Notes under the pieces: model-generated
Told to the model about the DNA's origin: nothing
The model's database searches: none
The model's input: only the letters and a program-made list of their open reading frames with translations
Assembly: GCA_035455165.1 (NCBI GenBank)
Contig: DATIFP010000249.1
Span: forward strand, 4,528-68,527
Length of the DNA stretch: 64,000 bases
Direction of reading: 5' to 3'
Origin: Blastocatellia bacterium
Lineage (GTDB): Bacteria; Acidobacteriota; Blastocatellia; UBA7656
Shown: in pieces, positions 55,770-64,000 of the stretch
Layout of the letters: each line of letters opens with the position of its first letter
Position numbering within the stretch: position 1 is the stretch's first letter
Program-made: the position numbers and the translations under genes

Positions 55770-55850
55770 TCCTTTGTCCTTTGGCCTTTGTCATTAGTCC
55801 TTTGTCATTGGTCCTTGTCATTGACGAAGGACGAAGGACAAAGGACCAAT
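55769..55850. repeat. GTCCTTTGTC-type tandem repeats folding back on inverted copies (GACAAAGGAC)
   Basis: GTCCTTTGTCCTTTGGCCTTTGTCATTAGTCCTTTGTCATTGGTCCTTGTCATTGACGAAGGACGAAGGACAAAGGACCAAT lies directly after the stop codon at 55767-55769. Confidence 0.65.
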
Positions 55851-55958
55851 TGCCGTTTTGGCGGTTGCCCATGTATGATGCACCTCGCACAGAAGATTCC
55901 TGGCGCGAATCCATGGCCGCCTTGCGTTTCGTAGACTTAGAACGAGGGGACAGAAGAA

Positions 55959-56558
55959 TTGGGGTCACCCCAAGACTCAAGAGAGATAAGCACGCGAGAT
56001 CAGGACTGGGTAGCTCTCATAAAGAGTGTGGCCGAAGGGGATCAGTCCGCCCTTACCACGCTTTATGACTCAACAAACCGCCTGGTGTTTGGGCTGATCT
56101 TGCGGGTGGTGGGAGATCGCTCGACGGCCGAGGAAGTGCTGCTGGACGTTTACACGCAGGTGTGGCGTCAAGCGTCGACTTACGACTCGAACCGCGGGGC
56201 TCCGCTCGCGTGGCTGATGACGATAGCGCGCACGCGCGGCATCGACCGGCTTCGCTCGGGACGATACGAGCAGAGCAACAAAGATCCGCTGGACTCGATC
56301 GGCGAAATCAGCGCAACGACCGCGAGTCCCGAAGAGTCGACAGTAAATTCGGAGCGCCGGCAGCTGGTCCGTCAGGCGCTGGAGACCCTGTCGGCTGAGC
56401 AGCGCGAGGTCATCGAGCTGGCGTACTACTCGGGTTTGAGCCATAGCGAGATAGCTCTGCGACTGGGCCAGCCCTTAGGCACCGTGAAAACACGAACGCG
56501 GCTCGGGATGATCAAGCTCCGAGACATGCTTCGCCCGGTGCTGGAGGGCCAGGTATGA
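55959..56558 (+). CDS. ECF-type RNA polymerase sigma factor (SigK-like context)
   Basis: Region 2 (EEVLLDVYTQVWR...APLAWLMTIARTRGIDRLR) and region 4 (YSGLSHSEIALRLGQPLGTVKTRTRLG). TTG start with upstream GAGGGG. Confidence 0.85.
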   Translation: MGSPQDSREISTRDQDWVALIKSVAEGDQSALTTLYDSTNRLVFGLILRVVGDRSTAEEVLLDVYTQVWRQASTYDSNRGAPLAWLMTIARTRGIDRLRSGRYEQSNKDPLDSIGEISATTASPEESTVNSERRQLVRQALETLSAEQREVIELAYYSGLSHSEIALRLGQPLGTVKTRTRLGMIKLRDMLRPVLEGQV

Positions 56559-57151
56559 GGGATCGCGAGCCGGCCCACGAGATGACGGATATTGCCGTCG
56601 CGTACGCGTTGGGCACGCTCACTCAGCGTGAGGCCCGCGACTTCGAGGAGCATCTTGAAACCGGTTGCGAGATATGCGCAGCTGAACTGCCGTCGTTTGA
56701 GCGAACGGTTAGCGCCCTAGCGTTTGGCGCACCCGAAGTAGAACCGTCGATCGTTGTTAAAGCGAAGCTGTTGATGAGACTGAACGAGACGAAGAAACCC
56801 GCGCCGGTGAGTCAATCCCGAGAGTTCATCTCGATTCTCGCCTCAGAGGGAGAATGGCAGGAGATACAACCGGGGATTCTGTTGAAGCAGTTGTACGTGG
56901 ATCAGGCGACCGGAATCGCGACGTCGTTGGTGAAGATGCTGCCGGGAACGACCCTGCCGCAGCACCAGCATTCAGGCGTTGAGCAGTTTTTCGTGATCGA
57001 AGGCGACTGCAACGTGCGCGGCCAACAGCTCGGACCGGGAGACTATCATCGCGCCGAAGCCGGAAGCATACATGAGACTACACACAGCGTTGGTGGCACT
57101 ATGCTCTTGCTCGTAGCTCCTCAATGCTACCGGATCCCGTACGCGAGGTGA
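56555..57151 (+). CDS. ChrR-like anti-sigma factor (zinc-finger N-domain plus cupin C-domain), no TM
   Basis: The N-terminus has H...CxxC (EEHLETGCEICAAE). The C-terminal cupin is LPQHQHSGVEQFFVIEGD...GSIHET. It overlaps the sigma gene by 4 nt. Confidence 0.7.
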   Translation: MRDREPAHEMTDIAVAYALGTLTQREARDFEEHLETGCEICAAELPSFERTVSALAFGAPEVEPSIVVKAKLLMRLNETKKPAPVSQSREFISILASEGEWQEIQPGILLKQLYVDQATGIATSLVKMLPGTTLPQHQHSGVEQFFVIEGDCNVRGQQLGPGDYHRAEAGSIHETTHSVGGTMLLLVAPQCYRIPYAR

Positions 57152-57175
57152 GGCGCCAGGCTTTCGAACGTCGAT

Positions 57176-58057
57176 TTGAAGGAAGACAGGTTGAAGCACC
57201 ACAGCACAACTGAAGAGACGCAGGAACAAGCAGCGCTCTGTGCGCTGGGCGCGTTGTCGCAACACGATGCGCGCGCCTTTGCGGCGCACGTTCGCGAGGG
57301 TTGCGCGGTTTGTGAGCGCGAGCTCAATGAGTTCAACGAGGTCGTCGATGCGCTGGCCTCCGCGGCCGCACCCGTTGCGCCGCCCGCTTACGTGCGCGAC
57401 CTGCTAGTTGCGCGGATCGACCGCGAGCGACCGGAAGCGCAATCGAGCGCGTCTGTGATTCGCTTCCCCGAACACACTGCAACAAAACAAGAGCCGGGAC
57501 GTTCGTCTTCTTCGATCGGCGCCGTGCTGCCCTGGGCGATTGCCGCAACCCTCTTGATAGCGTGCGCTTACAGCATCGTGATGTGGCGAACAGAGCATCG
57601 CGCTTTGCAGGCGGAACTCGGCAGAGCAAGCGACGTTCTTCAGGAGAACAACGAACTCAGTGCGCAGCTGAGACAGGAAAAAGCGCGGTCAACTGAGATG
57701 GCTCAGATCAACTCCGTACTGAGCTCGCCTCAATGGCGGATCATACCGCTGGCAGGACAGCAGCCCGCTCCCGACTCTTCAGCGAGGATTTACTGGGACA
57801 TTCAGGGAAAGCGCTGGGTTGTGACCGCGGATTTGCCGCCCGCGCCCGCCGGAAAAGTTTATCAGTTGTGGTTTGTCACTCCTTCAGCCAAGATCAGCGC
57901 AGGTTTGATTCGAGCTGATGAAAAGGGTCACTGCTTCTCGATCATTGAGTACCCTTCCAATGTAGACCAGTTGGCGGCGGCCGCAATCACGTTGGAACCC
58001 GAGGGCGGTTCCGCGCAACCGACGATGCCAATCTATGCCTTGGGCAAGTCCTCATAG
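57176..58057 (+). CDS. RskA-type anti-sigma-K factor (zinc-finger N-domain, TM, periplasmic RskA domain)
   Basis: H...CxxC (AAHVREGCAVCEREL), the TM segment LPWAIAATLLIACAYSIVMW, and a C-terminus YQLWFV...ITLEPEGGS typical of the RskA domain. Confidence 0.75.
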   Translation: MKEDRLKHHSTTEETQEQAALCALGALSQHDARAFAAHVREGCAVCERELNEFNEVVDALASAAAPVAPPAYVRDLLVARIDRERPEAQSSASVIRFPEHTATKQEPGRSSSSIGAVLPWAIAATLLIACAYSIVMWRTEHRALQAELGRASDVLQENNELSAQLRQEKARSTEMAQINSVLSSPQWRIIPLAGQQPAPDSSARIYWDIQGKRWVVTADLPPAPAGKVYQLWFVTPSAKISAGLIRADEKGHCFSIIEYPSNVDQLAAAAITLEPEGGSAQPTMPIYALGKSS

Positions 58058-58165
58058 TCAGTTCGCCTGAGATCCATCCGGCCGCATTTCCCTCTCCGGC
58101 AGTCACTCGATACTCTACTTCGTAGAGGCGCCGCAGATCTGCCCGGGATTTAAGGAGGAGCAACG

Positions 58166-58504
58166 ATGAAGCGAACTCTCTATCTGATTCTCTGCATAGC
58201 AGGGACAGTCCTGCCTTACTCGCAGTTCATTCCGTTCTTGCGCGAGCACGGGCTCGACCTGTCGCTATTCTTTCAACAGTTGTTTGCGAATAAGGTCTCG
58301 GGTTTTTTTGGAATGGATGTAATCGTTTCGTCTTTGGCGTTGTGGGTGTTTGTTTATGCGGAAGGCACTCGGTTGAAAATGCGAAACCTCTGGATCTACG
58401 TGGCCGGCAATCTGCTCGTCGGTGTTTCGCTCGGGCTGCCTTTGTTCCTATTGATGCGACAATCAAAGCTTGATCAAACGCTCGCGAGAATTCCAACTAG
58501 ATGA
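58166..58504 (+). CDS. DUF2834 family membrane protein
   Basis: 112 aa with 4 TM segments. The N-terminal pattern LYLILCIAGTVLPYSQFIPFLREHG is typical of DUF2834. Confidence 0.55.
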   Translation: MKRTLYLILCIAGTVLPYSQFIPFLREHGLDLSLFFQQLFANKVSGFFGMDVIVSSLALWVFVYAEGTRLKMRNLWIYVAGNLLVGVSLGLPLFLLMRQSKLDQTLARIPTR

Positions 58505-58762
58505 TTTCGAGATGCTCCTGACGCTGTAGAATATTCAGCTGAATCTCTCGTACTACGCACTCACCGTTATCTTCTTTCCGTGGGTTATGCCAGTACTGCA
58601 GGAGCCCGAGCCATTCCGAAATCGTTGAGCAATCAGAGTTCGAATCCACGTGGCTAGCGAAGAGAGGCGCCTTTTCCTTCATCGCGGCCAGCGCATTGCA
58701 TGAATACAAAAGCTAAGGATTGCTGCGCACCCTCTGCAGGGGGTCGATAGGATAAACTCACA

Positions 58763-60037
58763 ATGAAGTTTGTTACCGCCGCGGAAGCCGTCAACGTAAT
58801 CAAGTCAAAGGATCGTGTTTTCATACAAGGTGGAGCTGCAACACCTCAGCGATTGATAAACGCCATGGTGGATCGGGCGCCTGAGGTCCGGGGGGTCGAG
58901 CTCGTTCACCTTCACATTGAGGGCGAAGCGCCACATGTCAGGCCTGAATACCGGGAAAATTTCCGCACTCGCGCGTTGTTCGTCAGCGCGAATATTCGCA
59001 ACGCGGTGGCCTCGGGCGAAGCCGACTATGTGCCCGTTTTTTTGAGCGAGGTTCCCGCGCTCTTTCGACAGAAAATTCTCCCTCTGGATGTCGCATTGAT
59101 CCACGTGTCCCCGCCCGATCGCCATGGGTTCTGCTCGCTGGGAATATCAGTTGACGTGGCGCGTTCGGCGGTCGAAATGGCCAAAACCGTGGTGGCGCAA
59201 GTAAATCCCAAAATGCCACGCACACATGGCGACGGGTTGATCCATGCCGATGAAATAGCCTTTGCGGTTGAAGTCGACGACCCACTGTTCGAACACAGGC
59301 CCGGCAAGCTGACAGATGCCGAGCGGGCGATCGCTCGCCACGTATCCGAACTGGTCGATGATGGCGCGACGCTTCAAATGGGCATCGGCGCCATACCGGA
59401 TGCGGTGCTCGCTGCGCTCGATTCGCACAGAGACCTGGGCATCCACAGCGAAATGTTCTCGGACGGGGTGATCGACCTGATAGAACGCGGAGTTATCAAC
59501 GGCAAGCTCAAGAAGACTCACCCCGGCAAGGTTGTTGGCGGATTCACGATGGGAACGCGGCGCCTTTATGACTTTGTAAACGACAACCCACAGATTGTCT
59601 TGCTTGATATCACCTACGTGAATGATACCGCAGTAATCAGGCGCAATCCTCGAGCGACCGCGATCAACAGCGCGATTGAAGTCGACATGACCGGTCAGGT
59701 GTGCGCCGACTCGATTGGAACCTACGAATACTCCGGCGTCGGCGGGCAAATGGATTTCATCCGAGGCGCGTCTCTATCGGACGGCGGGAAGCCGATCATC
59801 GCGCTGCCATCGACAACCAGCCGCGGCGAGTCGCGCATCGTGCCCTACCTGAAACAAGGCGCGGGAGTGGTGACCACTCGGGCGCACGTACACTACATTG
59901 TCACTGAGCACGGAGTAGCATATCTATACGGAAAGACTCTGCGTGAGCGAGCACGAGCGCTGATCGAAATCGCGCATCCAGATCATCGCGAGGCGCTCGA
60001 GCGAGCCGCGAAAGAACGATTCAGAGTGGGAGTGTAA
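58763..60037 (+). CDS. acetyl-CoA hydrolase/transferase family protein (4-hydroxybutyrate or succinyl-CoA:acetate CoA-transferase-like)
   Basis: The N- and C-domain pattern of AcetylCoA_hydro/AcetylCoA_hyd_C (GIGAIPDAV, SEMFSDG, NSAIEVDMTGQV, GVGGQMDF). Confidence 0.85.
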   Translation: MKFVTAAEAVNVIKSKDRVFIQGGAATPQRLINAMVDRAPEVRGVELVHLHIEGEAPHVRPEYRENFRTRALFVSANIRNAVASGEADYVPVFLSEVPALFRQKILPLDVALIHVSPPDRHGFCSLGISVDVARSAVEMAKTVVAQVNPKMPRTHGDGLIHADEIAFAVEVDDPLFEHRPGKLTDAERAIARHVSELVDDGATLQMGIGAIPDAVLAALDSHRDLGIHSEMFSDGVIDLIERGVINGKLKKTHPGKVVGGFTMGTRRLYDFVNDNPQIVLLDITYVNDTAVIRRNPRATAINSAIEVDMTGQVCADSIGTYEYSGVGGQMDFIRGASLSDGGKPIIALPSTTSRGESRIVPYLKQGAGVVTTRAHVHYIVTEHGVAYLYGKTLRERARALIEIAHPDHREALERAAKERFRVGV

Positions 60038-60086
60038 AAGGACGGCCCCGCGTCCTGACTTTGATTCTCCGCGCCGTCTCAGCGTC

Positions 60087-60145
60087 CTCTGCGTCTCGGC
60101 GGTGAGTGTTTTCTCGCTATTGCTTTTCACCGCCGAGGCGCAGAG
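60087..60145. repeat. 19-bp inverted repeat (18/19) between convergent genes
   Basis: CTCTGCGTCTCGGCGGTGA (60087-60105) pairs with TCACCGCCGAGGCGCAGAG (60127-60145). The loop is 21 nt. It is preceded by a small GGACG-N6-CGTCC hairpin at 60040-60055. Confidence 0.7.
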
Positions 60146-60197
60146 CACACTGAGATTACGCCGAGAAATAATTCGCGATAAGACCGGTTAGCGCCAA

Positions 60198-61661
60198 TCA
60201 AACCCCGGAGGAAACCTCTTGAGCAGCCTGCGAGCGGACGAACTTGACGCCGGCCTCAATCGCTTTGACGTTCAACTCCAGCACTGCTGGGCTCTTGGTC
60301 ATGGCCTTAACCACGGAGACAATTCGCTCCTGGTCGAGCAAACTTGTAACTCCGAGGTACGCGCCCAGCGCCACCATATTTGCCACCTTCGCGCTGCCGA
60401 TTTCATCGGCCATCGAAGTAGCCGGCAACGCGATTATCTCAACGTCGCCTCGCTCGGGGGCTTTGTCGATCAGCGAAGAGTCGTAGATCAACAGACCACC
60501 GCTTGCCAGATCCGTTTGGAATTTTTCCACCGATGGCCGGTTCATCGCGATGAGCACCGTCGCATCGGAGACCAGCGGGGAGCCTATCGGCTCAGTCGAG
60601 ATGTTGACGTGACAGTTAGCAGTGCCGCCGCGCATCTCGGGCCCATACGACGGAAGCCAGGACACGTGATAGCCCTGACGCATGCCGGCCTCCGCCAGCA
60701 GGCGCCCGAGGAACAGCAATCCCTGGCCGCCGAACCCTGCAATCTTTATCCGCGGATTCCGATAACACGTCGGGACGTCGGGCGGCGTCAAGCCATCAAC
60801 TACTTCGCCGCCGTTGGGTAAACCCGCTCCCACAATCGCAGGAATCTGCTCCGCTGAAACGTCCTTCCGATAACGAGTCCAACCTTCTCTCGAAGCTGAT
60901 TCGTCTTTGAGCACTCCCAGCGGGAAGGCCTTCATCAGACTGTCTCTCACCCAGTCGCACGAGTCGGCCGGTGTAAGGCCCCAACCCGTCGGGCATGGAG
61001 AAAGAACTTCGATGAGCGAGAAGCCGCGGCCCTCGATTTGATTCTGCAGCGCCTTTCGAACCGCCTTGCGCGCCTTCATACGTGATTTGTTGTCGTAGAG
61101 GGCGACGCGTTCAATATACGTCGGGCCCTCGAGGGTGGCTAGCAGCTCGCTCACGCGAAGCGGGAACCCTTCACCCCTTACGGTGCGGCCGAACGGCGAA
61201 GTCGTTGTCTTCTGGCCCGTCAACGTAGTCGGCGCCATCTGACCGCCGGTCATTCCATAGATCGCGTTGTTGACGAAGAAGACCGTGATGTTTTCGCCGC
61301 GGTTGGCCGCGTGCAGAATCTCGTTGCCGCCGATAGCCGCGAGGTCCCCGTCGCCTTGATAGCTGATCACCAGACTGTCAGGCAACGCTCGCTTGACTGC
61401 GGTCGCAACCGCGGGCGCCCGACCGTGCGCGGCCTGGATGTTGCCGACATCGAAGTAGTAGTACGCGAAGACCGAGCAACCGACGGGACTGACGAAAACA
61501 GTTCGGTCTTGCACGCCGAAATCATCGATGACCTCGGCTATATACTTGTGCAGGTTGCCGTGACCGCAGCCCGGACAGTAATGCGTCGTCAGGTGGTCAC
61601 CGGGCTTACGATCAAACTGCCCATAAAGACTCTTCGGCCTCTGATAAGCTTTCACGTACAT
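60198..61661 (-). CDS. 2-oxoacid:ferredoxin oxidoreductase beta subunit fused to gamma subunit (KorB-KorC)
   Basis: The N-terminal TPP-binding beta part has HYCPGCGHG and GDGD. The C-terminal ~190 aa have the gamma signature [14 protein letters not shown]...[14 protein letters not shown]. Confidence 0.8.
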   Translation of the reverse strand: MYVKAYQRPKSLYGQFDRKPGDHLTTHYCPGCGHGNLHKYIAEVIDDFGVQDRTVFVSPVGCSVFAYYYFDVGNIQAAHGRAPAVATAVKRALPDSLVISYQGDGDLAAIGGNEILHAANRGENITVFFVNNAIYGMTGGQMAPTTLTGQKTTTSPFGRTVRGEGFPLRVSELLATLEGPTYIERVALYDNKSRMKARKAVRKALQNQIEGRGFSLIEVLSPCPTGWGLTPADSCDWVRDSLMKAFPLGVLKDESASREGWTRYRKDVSAEQIPAIVGAGLPNGGEVVDGLTPPDVPTCYRNPRIKIAGFGGQGLLFLGRLLAEAGMRQGYHVSWLPSYGPEMRGGTANCHVNISTEPIGSPLVSDATVLIAMNRPSVEKFQTDLASGGLLIYDSSLIDKAPERGDVEIIALPATSMADEIGSAKVANMVALGAYLGVTSLLDQERIVSVVKAMTKSPAVLELNVKAIEAGVKFVRSQAAQEVSSGV

Positions 61662-62727
61662 TGTCTGCCTCGCTCGCCAGGATTATCTGTCCCAGAATCT
61701 CATCCGTAGTGGGAACCATGCCGCCGAACCGCGAATAGAAGTGAACGGGTCGCCGGCCGTCCACCGCAAGCCGCACATCCTCGACCAATTGACCGTTGCT
61801 CAGCTCGACCGTCAGGAATCGTCTGGCCCACTCGGCCTCAAAAGCAATTTCGCGCGCCGGGAACGGCCATAAGGTTATCGGACGGAAAAGGCCGGCTTTG
61901 ATGCCCTTCGCTCTCGCCCGGTCGACAGCCGTCTTGGCCACTCGCGAAACGATGCCGTATCCGATCACGATTATCTCGGCGTCAGCGGTCTTATACTTCT
62001 CGTGCATCGCCACTCCGTGGCTCGCCTGTGCGTATTTCTCTTCAAGGTGCCGAACGTGCCTCTCAAGATCCTCGGGAGTCAGAAAGATCGACGTGATCAG
62101 GTTTTCACGAGTCTCGGCATCACCATGCACCGCCCAGGCTTTCGGCGGAGGGATCACCATCTTGGACGGGAACTCGACGGGCTCCATCATCTGGCCAATG
62201 AAACCATCCGTGAGCACGATCGCCGGATTGCGAAACCTGTCGGCCATATCGAAGGCGAGAAACGTCAGATCGCACATTTCCTGTACGGAGTTTGGCGCGA
62301 GCACTATCGTATGATAGTTTCCGTGTCCGCCACCCTTGACGATCTGGTGGTAATCGCTTTGTTCAGGCGCAATGTTGCCGAGTCCGGGACCGCCCCTCAT
62401 TATGTCCACGATCACGCAAGGGAGTTCGGAGCCCGCCAGATACGAGATCCCTTCCTGCATAAGACTGAGACCTGGACCGGAAGACGCGGTCATCGTGCGC
62501 TCGCCGACGGACGCGGCTCCGTAGACCATGTTGATGGCTGCTACCTCGCTTTCCGCCTGGAGGAATGTTCCGCCAACCTGCGGAAAGTACTTTGCCGCTG
62601 CTTCGGTAATCTCGCTTGCCGGTGTGATCGGGTATCCGTAGAACGATCGGCAACCCGCCATGATCGCCGCTTTCACGACGGCTTCGTTTCCTTTGATCAA
62701 CTGTTTAGTCATTGATCCGGTCCTCAA
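61612..62727 (-). CDS. korA: 2-oxoacid:ferredoxin oxidoreductase alpha subunit
   Basis: [31 protein letters not shown] and AINMVYGAS... are typical of the POR/KOR alpha N-terminus. Its 3' end overlaps the beta-gamma gene by 50 nt. Confidence 0.85.
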   Translation of the reverse strand: MRTGSMTKQLIKGNEAVVKAAIMAGCRSFYGYPITPASEITEAAAKYFPQVGGTFLQAESEVAAINMVYGAASVGERTMTASSGPGLSLMQEGISYLAGSELPCVIVDIMRGGPGLGNIAPEQSDYHQIVKGGGHGNYHTIVLAPNSVQEMCDLTFLAFDMADRFRNPAIVLTDGFIGQMMEPVEFPSKMVIPPPKAWAVHGDAETRENLITSIFLTPEDLERHVRHLEEKYAQASHGVAMHEKYKTADAEIIVIGYGIVSRVAKTAVDRARAKGIKAGLFRPITLWPFPAREIAFEAEWARRFLTVELSNGQLVEDVRLAVDGRRPVHFYSRFGGMVPTTDEILGQIILASEADNVRESLSEAEESLWAV

Positions 62728-62734
62728 TCTGTTA

Positions 62735-63016
62735 TTAAGCCGCAGTCGTTTGTGGGTGACTCTCGGTCACCACCGCTTTCGCGGGTTGAAAGGTATAGAC
62801 CGTGATGGCTCCCGGCTCGGGGCAAGCAAAGAAGCACACCCCGCATCCGGTGCAACCCGCTCCGAGATAGTTCGCCGGATGATACCCGTGACCATTCAAG
62901 CGCTCGCTCAACTTCAACACGTGGGGTGCACACGAGGTGACGCAGAGTCCGCAGCCTTTACATTCCTCTTCGGAGATCTCTATCAGCCCTCGATCTTTCT
63001 TCGGTTCGGTCCCCAT
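62735..63016 (-). CDS. 4Fe-4S dicluster ferredoxin-type delta subunit
   Basis: Two CxxCxxCxxxCP motifs ([13 protein letters not shown] and [13 protein letters not shown]). It lies immediately upstream of korA. Confidence 0.75.
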   Translation of the reverse strand: MGTEPKKDRGLIEISEEECKGCGLCVTSCAPHVLKLSERLNGHGYHPANYLGAGCTGCGVCFFACPEPGAITVYTFQPAKAVVTESHPQTTAA

Positions 63017-63333
63017 AGGTGGCTCGCCCCCTTTTGCGTAGCGTCAAGCGTTAGCAATACAGGACTTGCCAGGACACTTCGAATCCGGGCAACAATCCTC
63101 GATGCCAAGTTTAGGACTTATCTAAACGCAAGGCTATGATGGACATCACGGCGGGCTGTGACAGCCGTCACAACGAATTGCGCTGGTGGTTCTCGTCGTA
63201 TGATAAATCGGCCGTGCAGTGCTTGATAGTCTGCCCGGAACCTAGTATTTCTAGGCTGCGCGCCTGAGTTTCATCGTCTGGTCGTTCACGCTCTTTTTTT
63301 GGAATTCGACCCTCTACGACAGAAGGGAGCCTT

Positions 63334-63750
63334 ATGCCTCAAGTTCACATCAACTACATGGCCGTGGTAGTCTCCGCGGCCGTTGCTTTCCTCTTGGGCG
63401 GGCTTTGGTACTCGCCGTTGTTGTTCGCCAAGATGTGGGTCAACGCGCACGGCTACACCGAAGATAAGGTCAAAGAAATGCAGAAGGGCGCCACGAAGGC
63501 TTATGCGGTCTCGGTGCTTTGTCTGCTCTTGATCGCGCTAGCGATGGCGGCGCTGGTGGGTTACTTGCACCTGATCCGAATGGATCAGGGTCTCAAGCTC
63601 GGTTTGCTTGTGTGGGGCGGCCTCGCATTCCCGCTTGGCCTAATGGCCAACATGTATTCCGACAAGCGAATCACAACGTTGATCATCGACACTGCTTATC
63701 AGCTCGTTTACATGCTCATTATGGGTACGGTCCTCACGGTGTGGCAGTGA
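63334..63750 (+). CDS. DUF1761 family membrane protein
   Basis: The N-terminus INYMAVVVSAAVAFLLGGLWYSPLLFAKMW is the DUF1761 signature. Length is 138 aa with 4 TM segments. Confidence 0.55.
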   Translation: MPQVHINYMAVVVSAAVAFLLGGLWYSPLLFAKMWVNAHGYTEDKVKEMQKGATKAYAVSVLCLLLIALAMAALVGYLHLIRMDQGLKLGLLVWGGLAFPLGLMANMYSDKRITTLIIDTAYQLVYMLIMGTVLTVWQ

Positions 63751-64000
63751 AGGTTGCCGCTGCGCGTCAGTTCAAGCGAACGCGCAGCAGCGTGCCCCAC
63801 GACACCTGCGAGGACGCGACCCTCGGTGGTGTTCGGTTCTTGTGTTGCTGTCGTGCTCACTCTTCTGCGCTCGGACTGCGAAACAATTAACTCTTCACAC
63901 CGAAGGCGTGAAGCAGCATATCTTCGATCCGTCCAAGGACAGAACGGCAAGCCACTAACAACGCAGCATCCGAACACCACGCGGCGCACGAGTCTGTACT

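Noticed and set aside
55769-55850. CRISPR-like appearance of the short direct repeats.
   Set aside because: The repeat unit is only about 10 nt with no unique spacers, and the second half is the inverted complement. No cas genes are present. It is a low-complexity palindromic tract, not a CRISPR array.
58497-58709. 70-aa minus-strand ORF between the DUF2834 gene and the CoA-transferase gene.
   Set aside because: It has no ribosome-binding site or motif I can support, and it overlaps the end of the DUF2834 gene. It could be real, but the evidence is insufficient to list it as a feature.

Overview
This 64 kb window is a gene-dense chromosomal segment of moderately high GC. I support about 60 protein-coding genes. 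I found no rRNA, tRNA, CRISPR array, transposase or prophage. Gene content suggests a soil Acidobacteriota-like organism, but that is inference only: futalosine-type radical SAM enzyme, KorDAB(C) 2-oxoacid:ferredoxin oxidoreductase, MacB-type ABC/HlyD cluster, three NtrC-type sigma-54 activators with histidine kinases, two ECF sigma loci, and several families of GC-rich palindromic intergenic elements.

Housekeeping genes recognised:
- mgtE, rpiA, erpA/iscA, apbC/mrp, xerD, lpxD
- parAB, ssb, rnj, rsmA, ribD, tsaD, thrC
- a phosphomannomutase, a cyclophilin, two Zn alcohol dehydrogenases and a CoA-transferase

Most interesting observations:
1. A co-directional module on the minus strand encodes an ECF sigma factor, a soluble zinc-type anti-sigma factor, a large TPR-CHAT caspase-like protease and a secreted S8 protease.
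   - A roughly 40-nt bipartite motif occurs twice, at the same distance upstream of the anti-sigma/CHAT pair and of the S8 gene.
   - The parts list resembles the Csx29/Csx30/RpoE output arm of type III-E CRISPR (Craspase), but no CRISPR or gRAMP is present.
2. A secreted peroxiredoxin has an in-frame UGA exactly at the peroxidatic Cys position, followed by a hairpin. It is a probable selenoprotein that the ORF track splits into two ORFs.
3. A CPYC glutaredoxin-like gene ends in UGA-ACC-GUC-CAC-UAA. A GGUC-loop hairpin follows at the same spacing as in the peroxiredoxin, so it may carry a C-terminal selenocysteine.
4. A second ECF sigma factor is followed by two different anti-sigma factors, one ChrR-cupin type and one RskA type.
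5. An ABC-ATPase / HlyD / ABC-ATPase cluster has no permease and is attached to an NtrC/HK pair. The activator carries a GAFTDA variant loop.
6. Several structured palindromic elements lie in intergenic regions.

All functional calls come from motif recognition by eye. No database search was run.
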